A stretch of DNA of 64,000 bases from Methanocaldococcus indicus (GTDB lineage: Archaea > AGJL01 > Methanococci > Methanococcales > Methanocaldococcaceae), in NCBI RefSeq assembly GCF_049554935.1, contig NZ_CP186926.1:1248001-1312000 (forward strand), in the 5' to 3' direction. This document shows positions 10,879-22,800 of this stretch, piece after piece. The notes below the pieces were generated by a model. That model had not been told where the DNA came from, ran no database searches, and saw nothing but the letters and a program-made list of their open reading frames with translations. The position numbers and the translations under genes were made by a program. How positions within the stretch are numbered: position 1 is the first letter of the stretch; each line of letters opens with the position of its first letter.

Positions 10879-11929
10879 AATTAAAACTATTCTAATTTTG
10901 TTGATATTTTCACTAATATTGCCTATTTTTGCATTATATTATAGTGGAAATACTGGATATATCTCCTTCAATGATATTGTTAATTTTATATTAAAAGGAA
11001 CTACAGGTAATGAGTTTAAAGATTTTATAATAAAGGATATTAGATTACCACCAATAATTGGGGCTATTCTCATTGGACTAACATTATCTACTGCTGGTTT
11101 AATGTTACAAATATTATTTAGAAATTTGTTAGTGTCTCCATATACAACTGGCATATCTTCTGGAGTTTTAATGGTTGTTGCAATAGTTATATTTATAGAT
11201 TCTTTATCTCATATACTCAAACTAATTTTTGGAAATAATTTTATTTTAGTTGCTGGATGGTGTGGTGGAGTATTCTCAATGATTTTATTAATTATTATTG
11301 CTTTAAGAGTTAGAAGCACAAATGATATTATAATTGTTTCCTTACTACTCAGTTATTTATTTTTAGGAGTAAGGTCATATCTTATTGCCAATGCTGAGGA
11401 GTTAAAAGTTCATGAATACTGGGAATTTTCAATTGGGTCATTGTCTAAAATAACATTAAATGATATAGTTCCAATGGTCATTTGTACAGTTATATTTATT
11501 GTTGGAGTTATATTTCTAATAAAATCTTTAAATGCATTATTATTTGGAGAAAATTATGCTAAAAGTTTTGGATTGGATATAAAAAAGACTAGAATTCTAA
11601 TATTATTTTTTGCATCTTTTATAACAGGTTCAATAATTCCATATGTGGGCTTAATTCCCTTTGTTGGACTAATTGCTCCATACTTAGCAAGGCCTTTAAT
11701 AAAAACTTCAGATAATAGATATTTAGTGCCAACAACAATGCTTTTAGGAGTTATATTAATGATTGTATGTTACCTTATCTCGTTAAAATATTATGTGCTA
11801 TTTTCTTATATTTTTGGAATAAAAAAATATGGCTCTCCTTTACCAATTGCATCTGTTTTAGATATATTAGGTGGATTGTTAGTTGTGTATTTGGTTTATA
11901 AAGGTGAAAAGAAAATAATTATTTCTTAA
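10871..11929 (+). CDS. FecCD/BtuC-family ABC permease (second)
   Basis: [32 protein letters not shown]. Confidence 0.9.
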   Translation: MNRIKTILILLIFSLILPIFALYYSGNTGYISFNDIVNFILKGTTGNEFKDFIIKDIRLPPIIGAILIGLTLSTAGLMLQILFRNLLVSPYTTGISSGVLMVVAIVIFIDSLSHILKLIFGNNFILVAGWCGGVFSMILLIIIALRVRSTNDIIIVSLLLSYLFLGVRSYLIANAEELKVHEYWEFSIGSLSKITLNDIVPMVICTVIFIVGVIFLIKSLNALLFGENYAKSFGLDIKKTRILILFFASFITGSIIPYVGLIPFVGLIAPYLARPLIKTSDNRYLVPTTMLLGVILMIVCYLISLKYYVLFSYIFGIKKYGSPLPIASVLDILGGLLVVYLVYKGEKKIIIS

Positions 11930-12011
11930 ATAAGCTAAATTTTAAATACTACCAAATTATTAATAATATAATAATTCTTCATATTTGATAGCCACAATTA
12001 TTGGTGATATT

Positions 12012-13178
12012 ATGAAAAAGATGTATTTTATAATTTTAATGATAATTGCTTCTATTATAGTTGCAGGATGTATAAATGGAGTCAATGAGAATAAAAGTTC
12101 AGCAACAGAACATACAAAAAAGTTAGTGTCATTAAATTCATTAGAAAATGTTGTTGAATATGCAAAATATTTTAAATTATATCCTAATTGGGATAATGGA
12201 TATTGTGTAGTTATTGACTCAGAGGGTAACAAGTTTATATTACTTGAAGGTAACAACTCCAATATAGCCTTTAATATATCTAATGCAAAAATCATTCATG
12301 TTCCTGTAAAGAGAATAGTTACTGACTTTTATTGTCCAATAATAGCTACTGCAGATATATTAAATTCATATCATAATACAATAGTTGGAGCTCCAAAATA
12401 TGCAATAAAAGATTCTCCAAAACTTTCAGAGTTATATAAAGAAAAGAAAGTTGTAGATATTGGCAGTCCTACCAAGGGAGTAAATTATGAAATAATTGCA
12501 AACTTATCACCAGATATAGTATTTTTATCAGATTGGCCAAGTGAGGATAAAGTAGAAGAAAAATTAAAAGAGCTTGGAATTACAGTTTCAAGATATTATA
12601 CATATAAAGAACCAACATATTTAGGTAGAATTGAATGGGTAAAATTTGCTGCTGCATTTTGGGGAAGCAATGCCTACAAAAAAGCTGAAAAATGGTTTAA
12701 TAACGTAGTTAAAACAAAAGAAAATATTACAAATAAACTTAAAGATGTAAAATATAAACCTACTGTTGTTATATTTAGCTGGTCAAAGTATAGAAATATG
12801 CCATTAGTATATGGTAATGATAAATACTACAATGAGCTTATAGTAGAATTTAAAGGTAATAATATCTTTGGAGATTATAAAACCCAATATTTAGATAAAG
12901 AAATTTTCTATGAAAAAGCAATAAATGCTGATGTTGTAATAATGATTAACTACTACAATACAAATGTGACAAACTTAGAAGAATTTAAAAAAGAATTTCC
13001 AGATATTCCAATTGAAAAGTTTAAAGCTTTCAAAAATGGTAGATTCTATGTTTCAAATCCAAAATATTACATATATGAAAATATAGACCCTGCTGGATAT
13101 ATGTTAGATTTTGCAAAAATGATACATCCAGAGGTTTTTGGAAATGGTAGTTTAAAATATTTCTATAAGATTCAATAA
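12012..13178 (+). CDS. Fe(III)/cobalamin ABC substrate-binding lipoprotein
   Basis: GGTGA RBS before ATG 12012; lipobox VAGC; PVKRIV, EPTYLGRIEW, DFAKMIHPE. Confidence 0.88.
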   Translation: MKKMYFIILMIIASIIVAGCINGVNENKSSATEHTKKLVSLNSLENVVEYAKYFKLYPNWDNGYCVVIDSEGNKFILLEGNNSNIAFNISNAKIIHVPVKRIVTDFYCPIIATADILNSYHNTIVGAPKYAIKDSPKLSELYKEKKVVDIGSPTKGVNYEIIANLSPDIVFLSDWPSEDKVEEKLKELGITVSRYYTYKEPTYLGRIEWVKFAAAFWGSNAYKKAEKWFNNVVKTKENITNKLKDVKYKPTVVIFSWSKYRNMPLVYGNDKYYNELIVEFKGNNIFGDYKTQYLDKEIFYEKAINADVVIMINYYNTNVTNLEEFKKEFPDIPIEKFKAFKNGRFYVSNPKYYIYENIDPAGYMLDFAKMIHPEVFGNGSLKYFYKIQ

Positions 13179-13223
13179 ATCCTAATTTTTTATTTAAAAA
13201 TATTAAAAATTTTGATTAATTTT

Positions 13224-16001
13224 CTATTTAATATAGATAGCTGGCTTCATTGGAATAGCTAATTTCTTTTTGTTTCCTTTATCTTCTCCATTTATTATTA
13301 TTTCACAATTAAACTCTTTTTCTAAGAACTCTTTTGCATTTTCTAAAACTTTAATCTCATCAATAGCCTTTATATTCATTTTTATTAGTTGAAGAATTAA
13401 TTTAGATATTTCTTTACCCTTCTTTCTAAATTCTGGATTTTGCATTATTATTTTCATTATTTCTCTTATATTTTTGTCTTTATGTTGATTTATTATATTG
13501 CATACTTCACATTTCCAATCTTCTGCAGTGTAAATATATATTTTCTTAGGTGTTATCTTAGCAACATTAATTATTTCTTTAATATCATTAATCAAACTTT
13601 TTATATACTCCTCAGCAATTATAAGGTTTTCATCAATTTCTTTAACCTCTGGGAATTTTGATATGGATACAAATTCTTTTTTTCCTAACATTTCCCACAT
13701 TTCTTCTGCTAAGTGTGGAGTAAATGGAGCCAACATCTTTATTAATACTTCAATAAATTCTATTAATATTTCTTTATTGTCTCCTCCTCTTCTTTTATAC
13801 CATCTCAAATCATCAAACAACTTATAAATTATTAATCCAGCTTTTCTCATTTCAAAGTTTTCCATATACTCAATATATTTCTTTAAATCTGAATATAGAA
13901 CACTTAAAAGCCATTTATCTATAAATTCATTTTCTTTACTTTCTTTCATTTCTTTTATTTCTTTAACTGTTAAATAGACTCTCTCTAAGAATTTTTTTGT
14001 ATTTTCTAAACCTTTAAACTTAATATCTAAATCTTGTGGAAGTTCTGCCTCAGTTGTTATGTAGAATCTTCCCACATCAGCTCCATACTTTTCAGCTACC
14101 TCTAAAATAGGAAGTAATGGACCCTTTGATTTAGAAAGTTTTTTACCTTCAATAGTTACATAACCATTAACAACTATTCCCTTAGGCCAAAACTCCTCTG
14201 GAAAGATAGCAACATGGTTGAATATATAAAATGTTAAGTGGTTTGAAATTAAATCCTTAGCTGAACATCTCCAATCTACTGGATAGTAGTAGATAAACTC
14301 CTCTCTCATCTTTTCTATTATTTCCTTATCTAAATTAGATTTTTTGCTAACATCATCTAAATCTCCTTTTCCTAAAAATATGTAGTCAAACAACTCCAAG
14401 GTTAAGCTTTCAGGAGGTATATTATATTCATTTATATATTTAGCTATTGTGTAATAAGCTGGATATATAGTTGAATCTGAAAGAGATTCAATTATCCAAT
14501 TCACATCAAATGGAAACTTAGTTCCTAACCCTCTCCTTCTAACACATGCTTTATCTTTCATCCAGTCAATTTTTTCATGGAATATCTTTCTTAAATTCTC
14601 TGGAATAAAGTTCATTCTATCTACACATTTATGAGCTAATTCTTTCCATTTTTTATCAGAATACTTTATAAACCATTGTCCTTTTACTAATTTAACAACA
14701 CACTCACTACCACATCTACATACTACTCTCTCACTTAACTCATACATAATTGTAGCAATTCCTTTGTTTATCAAATCTTCTGCAATTTTGTCCTTTGCCT
14801 CTCTAACAGCTAAACCTTTGTATTCTCCACAGTTTTCATTTAAAATTCCTTTGTGGAATTCAGTTTTATATACTATTTTAGTAGCTTCTTCTAACTTTTC
14901 TTTATCCTTTTGATTTTTAATATTCAGTTTTTCAACAACATCCTTAGCAGGATATTCAGAGTAGTTAGGAACTTTTATTAATGAAATTATTCCCACTTCA
15001 TCTAATTTATTTAAATCTTTTAAAGCTATGTAGTCATAAGGAGCATGAGCTGGGACAGACATAACAATTCCAGTCCCTACATTAACATCCACAAACTCAG
15101 CTGGAAGTATAGGGACTTCTCTATTGGTAACTAAGTTTAAGGCCTTTTTGTTTAAAAGAGATTCTCCTTTAAACTCCTCTAATATTTCTATTTTTTTATT
15201 TTGATATTTTAATTTTTCAGCTACTTTTTTTGATATAATCCAAATTTCTTCTGTTTTTTTATCTTCATCATAAACCTTAGCTTTTATATAATCTTCATTA
15301 GGATTTATCCAAATATTAACTACTCCAAAAACTGTCTCTGGTCTTAAAGTTGCAGCTAATAAGTAAGAATCCCCTAATTTAAATTTAATTAAAATGTATT
15401 CTACAATTGTTGCCTCCTCTCCAATTAAAATATCATGGTCTTCTACAGGATTATCACATCTTAAACAATATCTAACTGGATGAGAACCTTTAACAATTAA
15501 TCCCTTTTCATATAGCTTATAGAACTGCCAGGTTATGAACTTTTTAAAAGTTTCATCATTTGTTGTAAATTTTCTTCTATTATCTAAGCTAAATCCCATT
15601 CTCTTAAATGCTTCATCAGCTAATTTAGAGAAATATTCTACAATTTTCTCAGGAGTATCTAACTTTATAAGCTCTTCTTCTGGAATATTATGTAAGTTAG
15701 TATATGCCCATATAGTTTTCTCATCTCTCTTTTTTATTAGCTCTGCTAAACCTAAAATAGGAGTTCCTGTTACATGATAACCAAAAGTCCATAGGACATT
15801 TTTTCCCTTCATTCTTTGATATCTTGCCACAACCTCAGGAATTGTAAAAGTCCTTAAATGACCTGCATGTAAAACTCCATTTAAATATGGAAATGCAGCA
15901 GTTATAAAAAACTTCTCTCTATCATCTGGATTAGCTTCAAAAATTTTGGCTTTTTCCCATCTCTCTTGCCATTTTTTTTCTATCTCATGAAAATTTATCA
16001 T
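13224..16001 (-). CDS. leuS: Leucyl-tRNA synthetase (archaeal type)
   Basis: FPYLNGVLHAGH (HIGH), ATLRPET editing domain, KLSKS (KMSKS). Confidence 0.97.
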   Translation of the reverse strand: MINFHEIEKKWQERWEKAKIFEANPDDREKFFITAAFPYLNGVLHAGHLRTFTIPEVVARYQRMKGKNVLWTFGYHVTGTPILGLAELIKKRDEKTIWAYTNLHNIPEEELIKLDTPEKIVEYFSKLADEAFKRMGFSLDNRRKFTTNDETFKKFITWQFYKLYEKGLIVKGSHPVRYCLRCDNPVEDHDILIGEEATIVEYILIKFKLGDSYLLAATLRPETVFGVVNIWINPNEDYIKAKVYDEDKKTEEIWIISKKVAEKLKYQNKKIEILEEFKGESLLNKKALNLVTNREVPILPAEFVDVNVGTGIVMSVPAHAPYDYIALKDLNKLDEVGIISLIKVPNYSEYPAKDVVEKLNIKNQKDKEKLEEATKIVYKTEFHKGILNENCGEYKGLAVREAKDKIAEDLINKGIATIMYELSERVVCRCGSECVVKLVKGQWFIKYSDKKWKELAHKCVDRMNFIPENLRKIFHEKIDWMKDKACVRRRGLGTKFPFDVNWIIESLSDSTIYPAYYTIAKYINEYNIPPESLTLELFDYIFLGKGDLDDVSKKSNLDKEIIEKMREEFIYYYPVDWRCSAKDLISNHLTFYIFNHVAIFPEEFWPKGIVVNGYVTIEGKKLSKSKGPLLPILEVAEKYGADVGRFYITTEAELPQDLDIKFKGLENTKKFLERVYLTVKEIKEMKESKENEFIDKWLLSVLYSDLKKYIEYMENFEMRKAGLIIYKLFDDLRWYKRRGGDNKEILIEFIEVLIKMLAPFTPHLAEEMWEMLGKKEFVSISKFPEVKEIDENLIIAEEYIKSLINDIKEIINVAKITPKKIYIYTAEDWKCEVCNIINQHKDKNIREIMKIIMQNPEFRKKGKEISKLILQLIKMNIKAIDEIKVLENAKEFLEKEFNCEIIINGEDKGNKKKLAIPMKPAIYIK

Positions 16002-16004
16002 ATT

Positions 16005-16679
16005 TTATCCCTCAAAAATTGATTTAAATTTTATAATCTCATCAATACTTTGACTTAATGGATAACCAACAATAATATCATTTTTATTTTTTATATCTTT
16101 TATTCTTTCTAAATTATTTAAAGGAAGTATATATCTTTCCCAATTTCCAGAATAGTTTTTTCTTCTACTTAAATAGCTATTCATTATCTTTAAAATGCTA
16201 TTGTTAATTTTTGATACAAAAGGTAAATAAATAGCTTTTTTAGAATTAATTTCACAGTTATAACCATATAAATAAAAAGCTATTAAATTATATTCCTCAA
16301 CAACATCTTTAACTATATCTTCTACTCCTTCAACACCTATCCATAATTTATCAAATATATTTAAGCATTTTTCAATAACATCCAAAATTCTAAATTTGCT
16401 TAATTTTCTCTCTTCATCTGATAAATAGTATTTATTTCCTAAAACAATACATACATCAAAATCATAAGAACTATATATATCTAAAATTTCAAAAACATCT
16501 TTCCTTTTACTTTGAACAGTTAAAACAGCATTTTTTAAATTATCTAAAATCTCTTCATCAGTTAAAATATTTATCTCAGCATCTATTACATGGTAACTAA
16601 AATTTTTACTTATGAATCTATTTAGTTCTATAAGCTCATTTATATTAATTTGACTCAATTTTGTTGCGACTCCTAACAT
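16005..16679 (-). CDS. Hypothetical protein
   Basis: 224-aa ORF with host-like codon usage, abutting leuS. Confidence 0.7.
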   Translation of the reverse strand: MLGVATKLSQININELIELNRFISKNFSYHVIDAEINILTDEEILDNLKNAVLTVQSKRKDVFEILDIYSSYDFDVCIVLGNKYYLSDEERKLSKFRILDVIEKCLNIFDKLWIGVEGVEDIVKDVVEEYNLIAFYLYGYNCEINSKKAIYLPFVSKINNSILKIMNSYLSRRKNYSGNWERYILPLNNLERIKDIKNKNDIIVGYPLSQSIDEIIKFKSIFEG

Positions 16680-16809
16680 AACTCTTAATATTCTTTAACT
16701 TATTATATAATATTATCTTTTTTGTCTTATTCAAGAAAAATCTTAGAATAATTCATATTATTTGTAAATATAGAATAAACTAAATTAAAAAATAAAAAAG
16801 TAGAGAAGT

Positions 16810-19800
16810 TTAAGGTTTTTCTATTTTAACAGCCTTTCCATTTTTCCATTCTACGAATATTGGCTTGTCTGGGATATCGTCTAAGGTTTTGAAGTATTCT
16901 ACTGCTGCTTTTGTTCCCCATCTATCGGAACCTGCTAATAGGATAACTGTTGCATCTCTATAAATATTTTCATCGACTTTAACTTTTAATTTTATAGCTT
17001 CAATAACTCCTTTATTTTTACCAGGATATTCATTGCTAATCTTAACTGGGAACTTATCCATATATTTTTTAGTTAGTGGGTTTGCTACTGGTCCTCCTAT
17101 TAAGATACTGTCATCTTTTATTTCTAATGGTTTATTTATTAACTCACATGTATCTTTTAGAGATTTTGCTGATAAATCCTTATCTATCTCTGAACCTACT
17201 ATTATTTTTGCATTATGGACGATTTTTTTGATATTAAATGATTCTATATCCTTAGCCACATCTGTGTATCTTAAACTTACTGGGTGTGAATGTGATATGT
17301 GATATGTAGGTGTTGGGGTTGTTGTTTCATTAGTAGTTGTTACGTTAGTTGTTGTATTGGTTATGTGATATGTAGGTGTTGGGGTTGTTGTTTCATTAGT
17401 AGTTGTTACGTTAGTTGTTGTATTGGTAAAGTAGTTGGTTATATTTATACTCATTATTTTATACCCTTCAAAGACATCATTGATGTACCCATAAATACCT
17501 ACTGTCAAATTATTTTCATATAACTGCTTTTTAAGGTCATAGTCAACGAATATTCCAGTTGATATTAACGAACTATTATTATTAGCCACATATTTTTTAA
17601 TTGAAATGTTTCCAGAATCAAATGTAATTATGAAGGTTAAATTACCTGGTTTTATTGTAGTATAACTAAAGTTACATTGTAAGTAATTATAGTCCTTTAA
17701 ATATCTAATAGAAACATTCTCTATATCTATTCCCGGAATTATGCTAAAGTTGGCGTCTTTATCTTTTAAATAATCTAATGTAGTTCCGTTGTATTTTAAA
17801 GCTACTGAGAATTCTGTAGTGTTGCAGTCACTTAGAATGAACAGACTTTTTGGAATGTGTACAGTCATTGTAACATATTCATCAGAGACATTTGTTACCG
17901 TTCCTCTGGTTTTATCAGAGTAGATACCTACTTTATAATCTAAGTCGATATACAAGAGGCTTAGGTTTAATGGTACATCTTTAACATTCTTTACCTTAAA
18001 TTCTATTGTTGGAGTATCATTTTCTAAGTATGACCTGTATGAGATGATTGTAGGCAACACAGATTCAAATTTGCTTGGGTCTATATAAATATCTTTACTT
18101 ACTGTGGATAACAGTGTGTTATTTTTAATTACATATAGATTAAGTGAGAAATTTCCACCAAGTTTTTTAATGTAATAACCTCTAATGATGAGGTTTCCAG
18201 TATTATTGCTAATATTAATTGGATTATAGTATATGACTGAACCATAATATTTACCGAATAGCATTGGCTCTATTGTTACATTATCTGGATAGCAGATTAT
18301 TGTTACATTTATGTAGTCGTATAAGCCATTACTATCTTCATCTACACATTTTGGAATTATTGTAACATTTACACTTACTTCTCTGAATTTTTCACTGTCA
18401 TAAGATTTGGTATATCCTAATGTAAAGTTATAGTAAACTGGAGCTTCTCCTTTCAATATGATTAATCCAACGGTGTAATTACCAGTATAGTTGTAGAAGG
18501 ATATGTATTGTCCTGTAATATTTAGTGTTACAATATTTTCTCCTTTATTCAAAGTAATATTATACTTCTGAGCAGCAACTATTGTATTATTTGCAGAAAG
18601 TACTGGCATTAATGAGAAGTTATCCGTAACATTTGAGAATATTACATATTTTAATCCTAATTTAGTGTAGTTATAGTTAATATCTCCTAAGTATGTTACA
18701 TTAAATGCATAAGGCATAGTAGTATTTACTGGGTCAGAAATTTCATATCCTATAAATGTGTATGTTGCTGAAGATCCTGATGTAAGTTTTGCATTAACAC
18801 TTAGTCTACTAACTATCTCATCAATTATAAAGTTCATTGTCTTACTAAAGTTCATTGTCTTACTAAATATATCTGCCAATTTTTTCTCATATTCCATTTC
18901 ATCAGTAATGTCTCCATTAATACTTACATCATGAGATACTACAAAATTATAATTAGGGTCTAATTTTGGATATACATTCTGTTTTATTACAAAATCAGAA
19001 CCAATTGAGCCTGATGCTCCAAGTCCTGGTATATTTATTATATCATTTAAACAACTACTGAGGTTTAATGAAACTCCTACAGAAGTATCAAAGTCCGTCA
19101 TTAAATACGTATCTTTTCTATGTTCGGGAGGAATTAATGAAATTACTTTTACTTGTGCAGCTTTTGCTATATTACCCACAAATGGAAGTTTAATAGGAAT
19201 GCTCTCATATATTGTGTATAAACTTGTCGAGCAAGTTAATACAATTATTTGAACTGGATCATTAAAATTCCCCTCTACACCAACGAACTCCTCGGCACTA
19301 CCTGATAACTTTATAAGATCTTTAACAATAGCCTTCTCAGCTTCAAGTTCTACACTCATACCTGATTTTAATCTACTTTCAATAGGTAATACTGTTATAT
19401 CTATCAAGTTTCCATTAACACTCGCAAAACCCAGATCCAACTTACCTCCTAACTTTAAATTGAAAAACAACGGAGTAATTTCTAATTCGCCAGATTTTCC
19501 ACTATAATGTAATTGTTTGCCATTAATTTTTGTGTAATAATCACTTGATGAAGAAGTTATCATCTTATAATATTTATTTTCTGAAGAAGATAGTATTACT
19601 ACTTCTGGAATTAATATAGTTATTTTTGGAGAGTAACTGTAGTTTGTATAATATTCTCCATTATAAATTGATTTGGTAAAATTAGTTATAATACTGTAGT
19701 TATCTTTCTCTTTCTTAATATCGAACCATATATTGTTATTTTTATCATAAACCTTGTAATAGTCGTTACTTACTCTTTTAATTTCGATATCTTTCCAAGA

Positions 19801-22800
19801 GATATTTATATTATTTGGGATTGAATCTAAAAATATAGTTAAATTATATATATTTTCATCAGTTAATTTAAATTCTCCAGTATTTTCAATAGTTTCTTTA
19901 GTCCCTAATAGTATGAAGTCCATACTTTTTAAGAGAAGTACATTGAAGTCTAATATATTAGGATATGTATATTCTTTCAACCTATCATATACTGAGGCTG
20001 TATCTGATAGAAGATTCAACACATCTTGGCTATATTCCATATTATCTTTTTCATTTTTGAACCAGTTTGAAATTTCTTTAAATGTATCGTAATTTTTTGC
20101 CAGTGCTTCTTCAAGAGGTAGTGTTTTCAAAATAATATAATATTTATTATAAGTCCTTAACTTGTATTTATCAGCTTTACATAGTTTATCTTCATAATCT
20201 GGATTATTTGAATCCCAATAATTACCTAAATATCCATAAGAATGTTCTTTTTCCCATGGTGTGTTTAATTCATATTCTACTATCTCTGGTGTATGGAGTA
20301 TTACTGAAGAAATATCATCAATTTCATTTGTATCGTAATTAATGTCATTAAGGTATATACTAATATTTTTGGAGTCTTTAATTGAGAAACCTACATGCCC
20401 TGATATATGATTTCTTAAGATTGATATATTATTTGAATCCTCGATAAGCACTCCACCCCTATTGTTATCCAGAGAATTTACATATTTTATTGTGTTATTA
20501 GATGAACAATAAATGTAGATTCCATTATTATTATTCAAGGTATTTACATTTGTTATTATGTTGTTGGATGACTTATATAAATGAATTCCATCACTATTGT
20601 CAAAAATATATGTATATTCTATTATATTATTAGACGAATCACTAAGGTATATTCCATATATATTATCAGAAACATTTACATTTGTTATTGTGTTGTTGGT
20701 TGAATATTCAAGGTAGATTCCCCTATCAAACTCCTTAACAGTCAAATTCTTTATTGTGACATTTTTATGGTTTTTAACATAAACTCCATAAGAAAAATCT
20801 CTATAATTCCCATCTAAAACCTTCTCATTACCATCCAATATAACATTGTCTGCATCTATTGTAATAGCTGTCTTATTCAAGTCAGTGCAAGAAGTATTCA
20901 ATATATAATAATAACCACTTTCATTTATTGTGTATGGTAATTTGTTGATGTATTTTATACCCTTAGCAACAAATATATTAAATGAAACAACATTATTGCT
21001 CTCATTTTCTTCAATTACATAGTTTCCATAATCAACGATTAATTTAATTGTAACTTCACCAATTTTCTTTGGGGTATAATTGTAATAAAATGTTTTTGGG
21101 AAATTTGTATCATTAATTTCTATTTTGGACAGAAGTTTATCATTTTCGAATATAGCAACATATGTAGGAAGTAAGTATTCGGATAAATTTGCATTTTTAT
21201 TTTCAACGGTAAAATTAAATTCTAAACTATGATTATATAGTAATACATTTGGTATAAGTTTTTTATTTAAATTAATCGCCAAATCAGGTCTTAGAATACT
21301 AACATTCGTAACATTTATTAGTAACTTGTAAGTGGAGTTATCACTGCAATTAACTAATATCCAATCTCCACAATTATCAGAATATCCGGATATGTTGACT
21401 ACAGTAATTCCAATATAATATTTTTTGAAGAGAGTTCCATATAATAATGAATGCACATAAACATATCCCTTGAAAGTACCTGATAATAGATAATCTTTAT
21501 AAATTGCAATTGCAGTAAATACATCATTAACATCAGATGGGAAGGTATATATTAGATTACCATTTAAATCAAAGAGGTATATATTTTTCTCTCCTGCAGC
21601 TATAAAGTAACCTTGAATTTTAGTTTTATTTTCAATACTTTCATTTTTAGTTTGATTTGGAATATAAGACAGTATTTTGAAAATAGTATCATTAAAAGTA
21701 TAATCCTTTTCTTTTATAGAATTATTTTCAATAATTGTTATTGATATATATCCTCCATTTACATAGATTATAGAGGTTGTATTATCTATATTATCTATAG
21801 ATATAGCACTTATATGCGGTTTAGTTAATAAAGTGTTGTTAGTTTCATTATTTGTATTTGTAGATGTATTGTTTTCATTCACATCTTTAGACCATATTAA
21901 CTTTCCATCTATAGTAAATACATATAATCTAGTTGCTGAACCTGCAACTACAAACCTATCATTAACATCGACTGTAGTAACAGGATATTCCATTGAATAA
22001 TTCCACAACAAACTACCATTTACATTAAAAACATACAACATATTACTACTACCAATTACAACATACTTTGAATAAATCTTAGCAGAATAAACGTAGCCAG
22101 TTTTGTAAGACCATAAAGTAGTATTAGCCAATTCATCTACAAAATAAGATGTATTCTTTAAATCACTATATACTGCATATTTGTCATTAGAGTATATTTT
22201 GTAAAGATTAGATTGCTGATTTGATACATTTTCTGTTGTATTTGCAATTCCATTTATTATGTAGTTTTCAACTGGCTTAATTAATGGATAATCATCAATG
22301 TTGTTGTATGGAGTATCTCCAATTCCATCTCCATCATTATCTGTTCCATTATAGTCAGAGTAGTAGTTTCCTAAGTAGTTTGTGTATGTTTTTCCGTTGT
22401 ATGTGTAGTTTATTGGTGTTGGTGAGTGGAATATGTTATTTTGTGAATCTCTAATACAAATATTGCCATCACTGTTGTTTATTATATTGCTTAAATATAT
22501 TATGTTTTTATTAGAGTTATTGTCAAGATAGATTCCATATTTATTATTCAAAACATTTGCATAAAATACGGTATTGTTAGATGACTGCCAAAGATCAATT
22601 CCACTATCTCCTTTATTATTTGAAGTAACTACATTTGTTATTATATTATTATGAGAATTATCAAGACCTATACCATTCTGACTATTATCTGAAACATTTG
22701 CATTAATTATTTTATTATATGAAGATTGCCAAAGAGATATTCCAGCCCAGCCGTAGTTATTTGAAGAAGTTACATTTTCTATTGTATTATTGTATGATAT

